Position numbers and translations under genes: made by a program. The notes under the pieces were generated by a model that saw only the letters and a list, made by a program, of their open reading frames with translations, had not been told where the DNA came from and searched no databases. Source: a virus (taxonomy: Duplodnaviria; Caudoviricetes). From it: 64,000 nt of DNA. The stretch spans positions 6,033 to 70,032 of the IMG/VR virus record IMGVR_UViG_2899946620_000001. One strand, 5' to 3'. Position 1 is the first letter of the stretch. Each line of letters begins with the position of its first letter. Positions 63,716 to 64,000 of the stretch are shown in pieces.

Positions 63716-64000
63716 TCAGTCGTCGTCGAAGAGTGGAAGGTCGCGATAGCGGCGGCTTACCAACCGCAACGATCGGTCCGGCTCTATGACATAGCTTTCG
63801 TAGACCCGGCGGCCGAATCGATCGATGAACTGATGCGGCACAATGCTGCCGACCGGTGCCTTGGTAAGCCTGGTGCGCGGCTGGCCACCATAGGTGATGC
63901 TGCCGGGAATCGGCTCCAAATAGGGCGAATAGCCCATCGAGGTCGCCTCGCAGCCGGTCAGAAGTGTGAGCATGCACAGGATAGGAAGAACATATTTCAT
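63716..64000 (-). CDS. Small lipoprotein (host)
   Basis: MKYVLPILCMLTLLTGC lipobox. Confidence 0.75.
   Translation of the reverse strand: MKYVLPILCMLTLLTGCEATSMGYSPYLEPIPGSITYGGQPRTRLTKAPVGSIVPHQFIDRFGRRVYESYVIEPDRSLRLVSRRYRDLPLFDDD

Noticed and set aside
1-64000. Insertion sequences, rRNA, retron or group II intron
   Set aside because: No transposase, reverse transcriptase or rRNA-like sequence was recognised

Overview
This is high-GC alphaproteobacterial DNA; protein families, codon style and the tRNA sequence point to Sinorhizobium/Ensifer. Positions 1-46933 hold most of a lambdoid siphovirus prophage, truncated on the left so the integrase is outside the window. It contains an early-left recombination operon, a cI/cro switch with readable 15-bp operators, and an early-right/replication operon with GapR-like, GcrA-like, MTase, radical-SAM and NusG-like genes. 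These are followed by the head, the tail (with a -1 frameshift chaperone), a tailspike, a lysis cassette and several antisense morons. The prophage ends at an att site made of the 3' half of tRNA-Lys(CTT) at 46888-46933. Three host genes follow (GT2, Tim44-like, pentapeptide repeat). From about 50420 to 63571 there is a second, heavily deleted phage-derived element. It keeps an XRE/S24 repressor with four operators, two putative activators, P22-like terminase parts, a headless tail fibre plus chaperone, a GT2 moron and an apparently complete lysis cassette. It has no visible cro, replication, portal, capsid or integrase genes. The most promising leads are that second element as a possibly domesticated inducible lysis/fibre module, a hidden antisense stress-sigma (RpoE2/EcfG-type) micro-gene inside the phage early operon, surface-glycan cargo placed beside the receptor-binding gene in both elements, an SRA-HNH nuclease near an MTase/radical-SAM pair, a structured leader RNA behind the NusG paralogue, and a tandem lipoprotein moron. 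All family assignments come from motif recognition by eye; no database searches were run.
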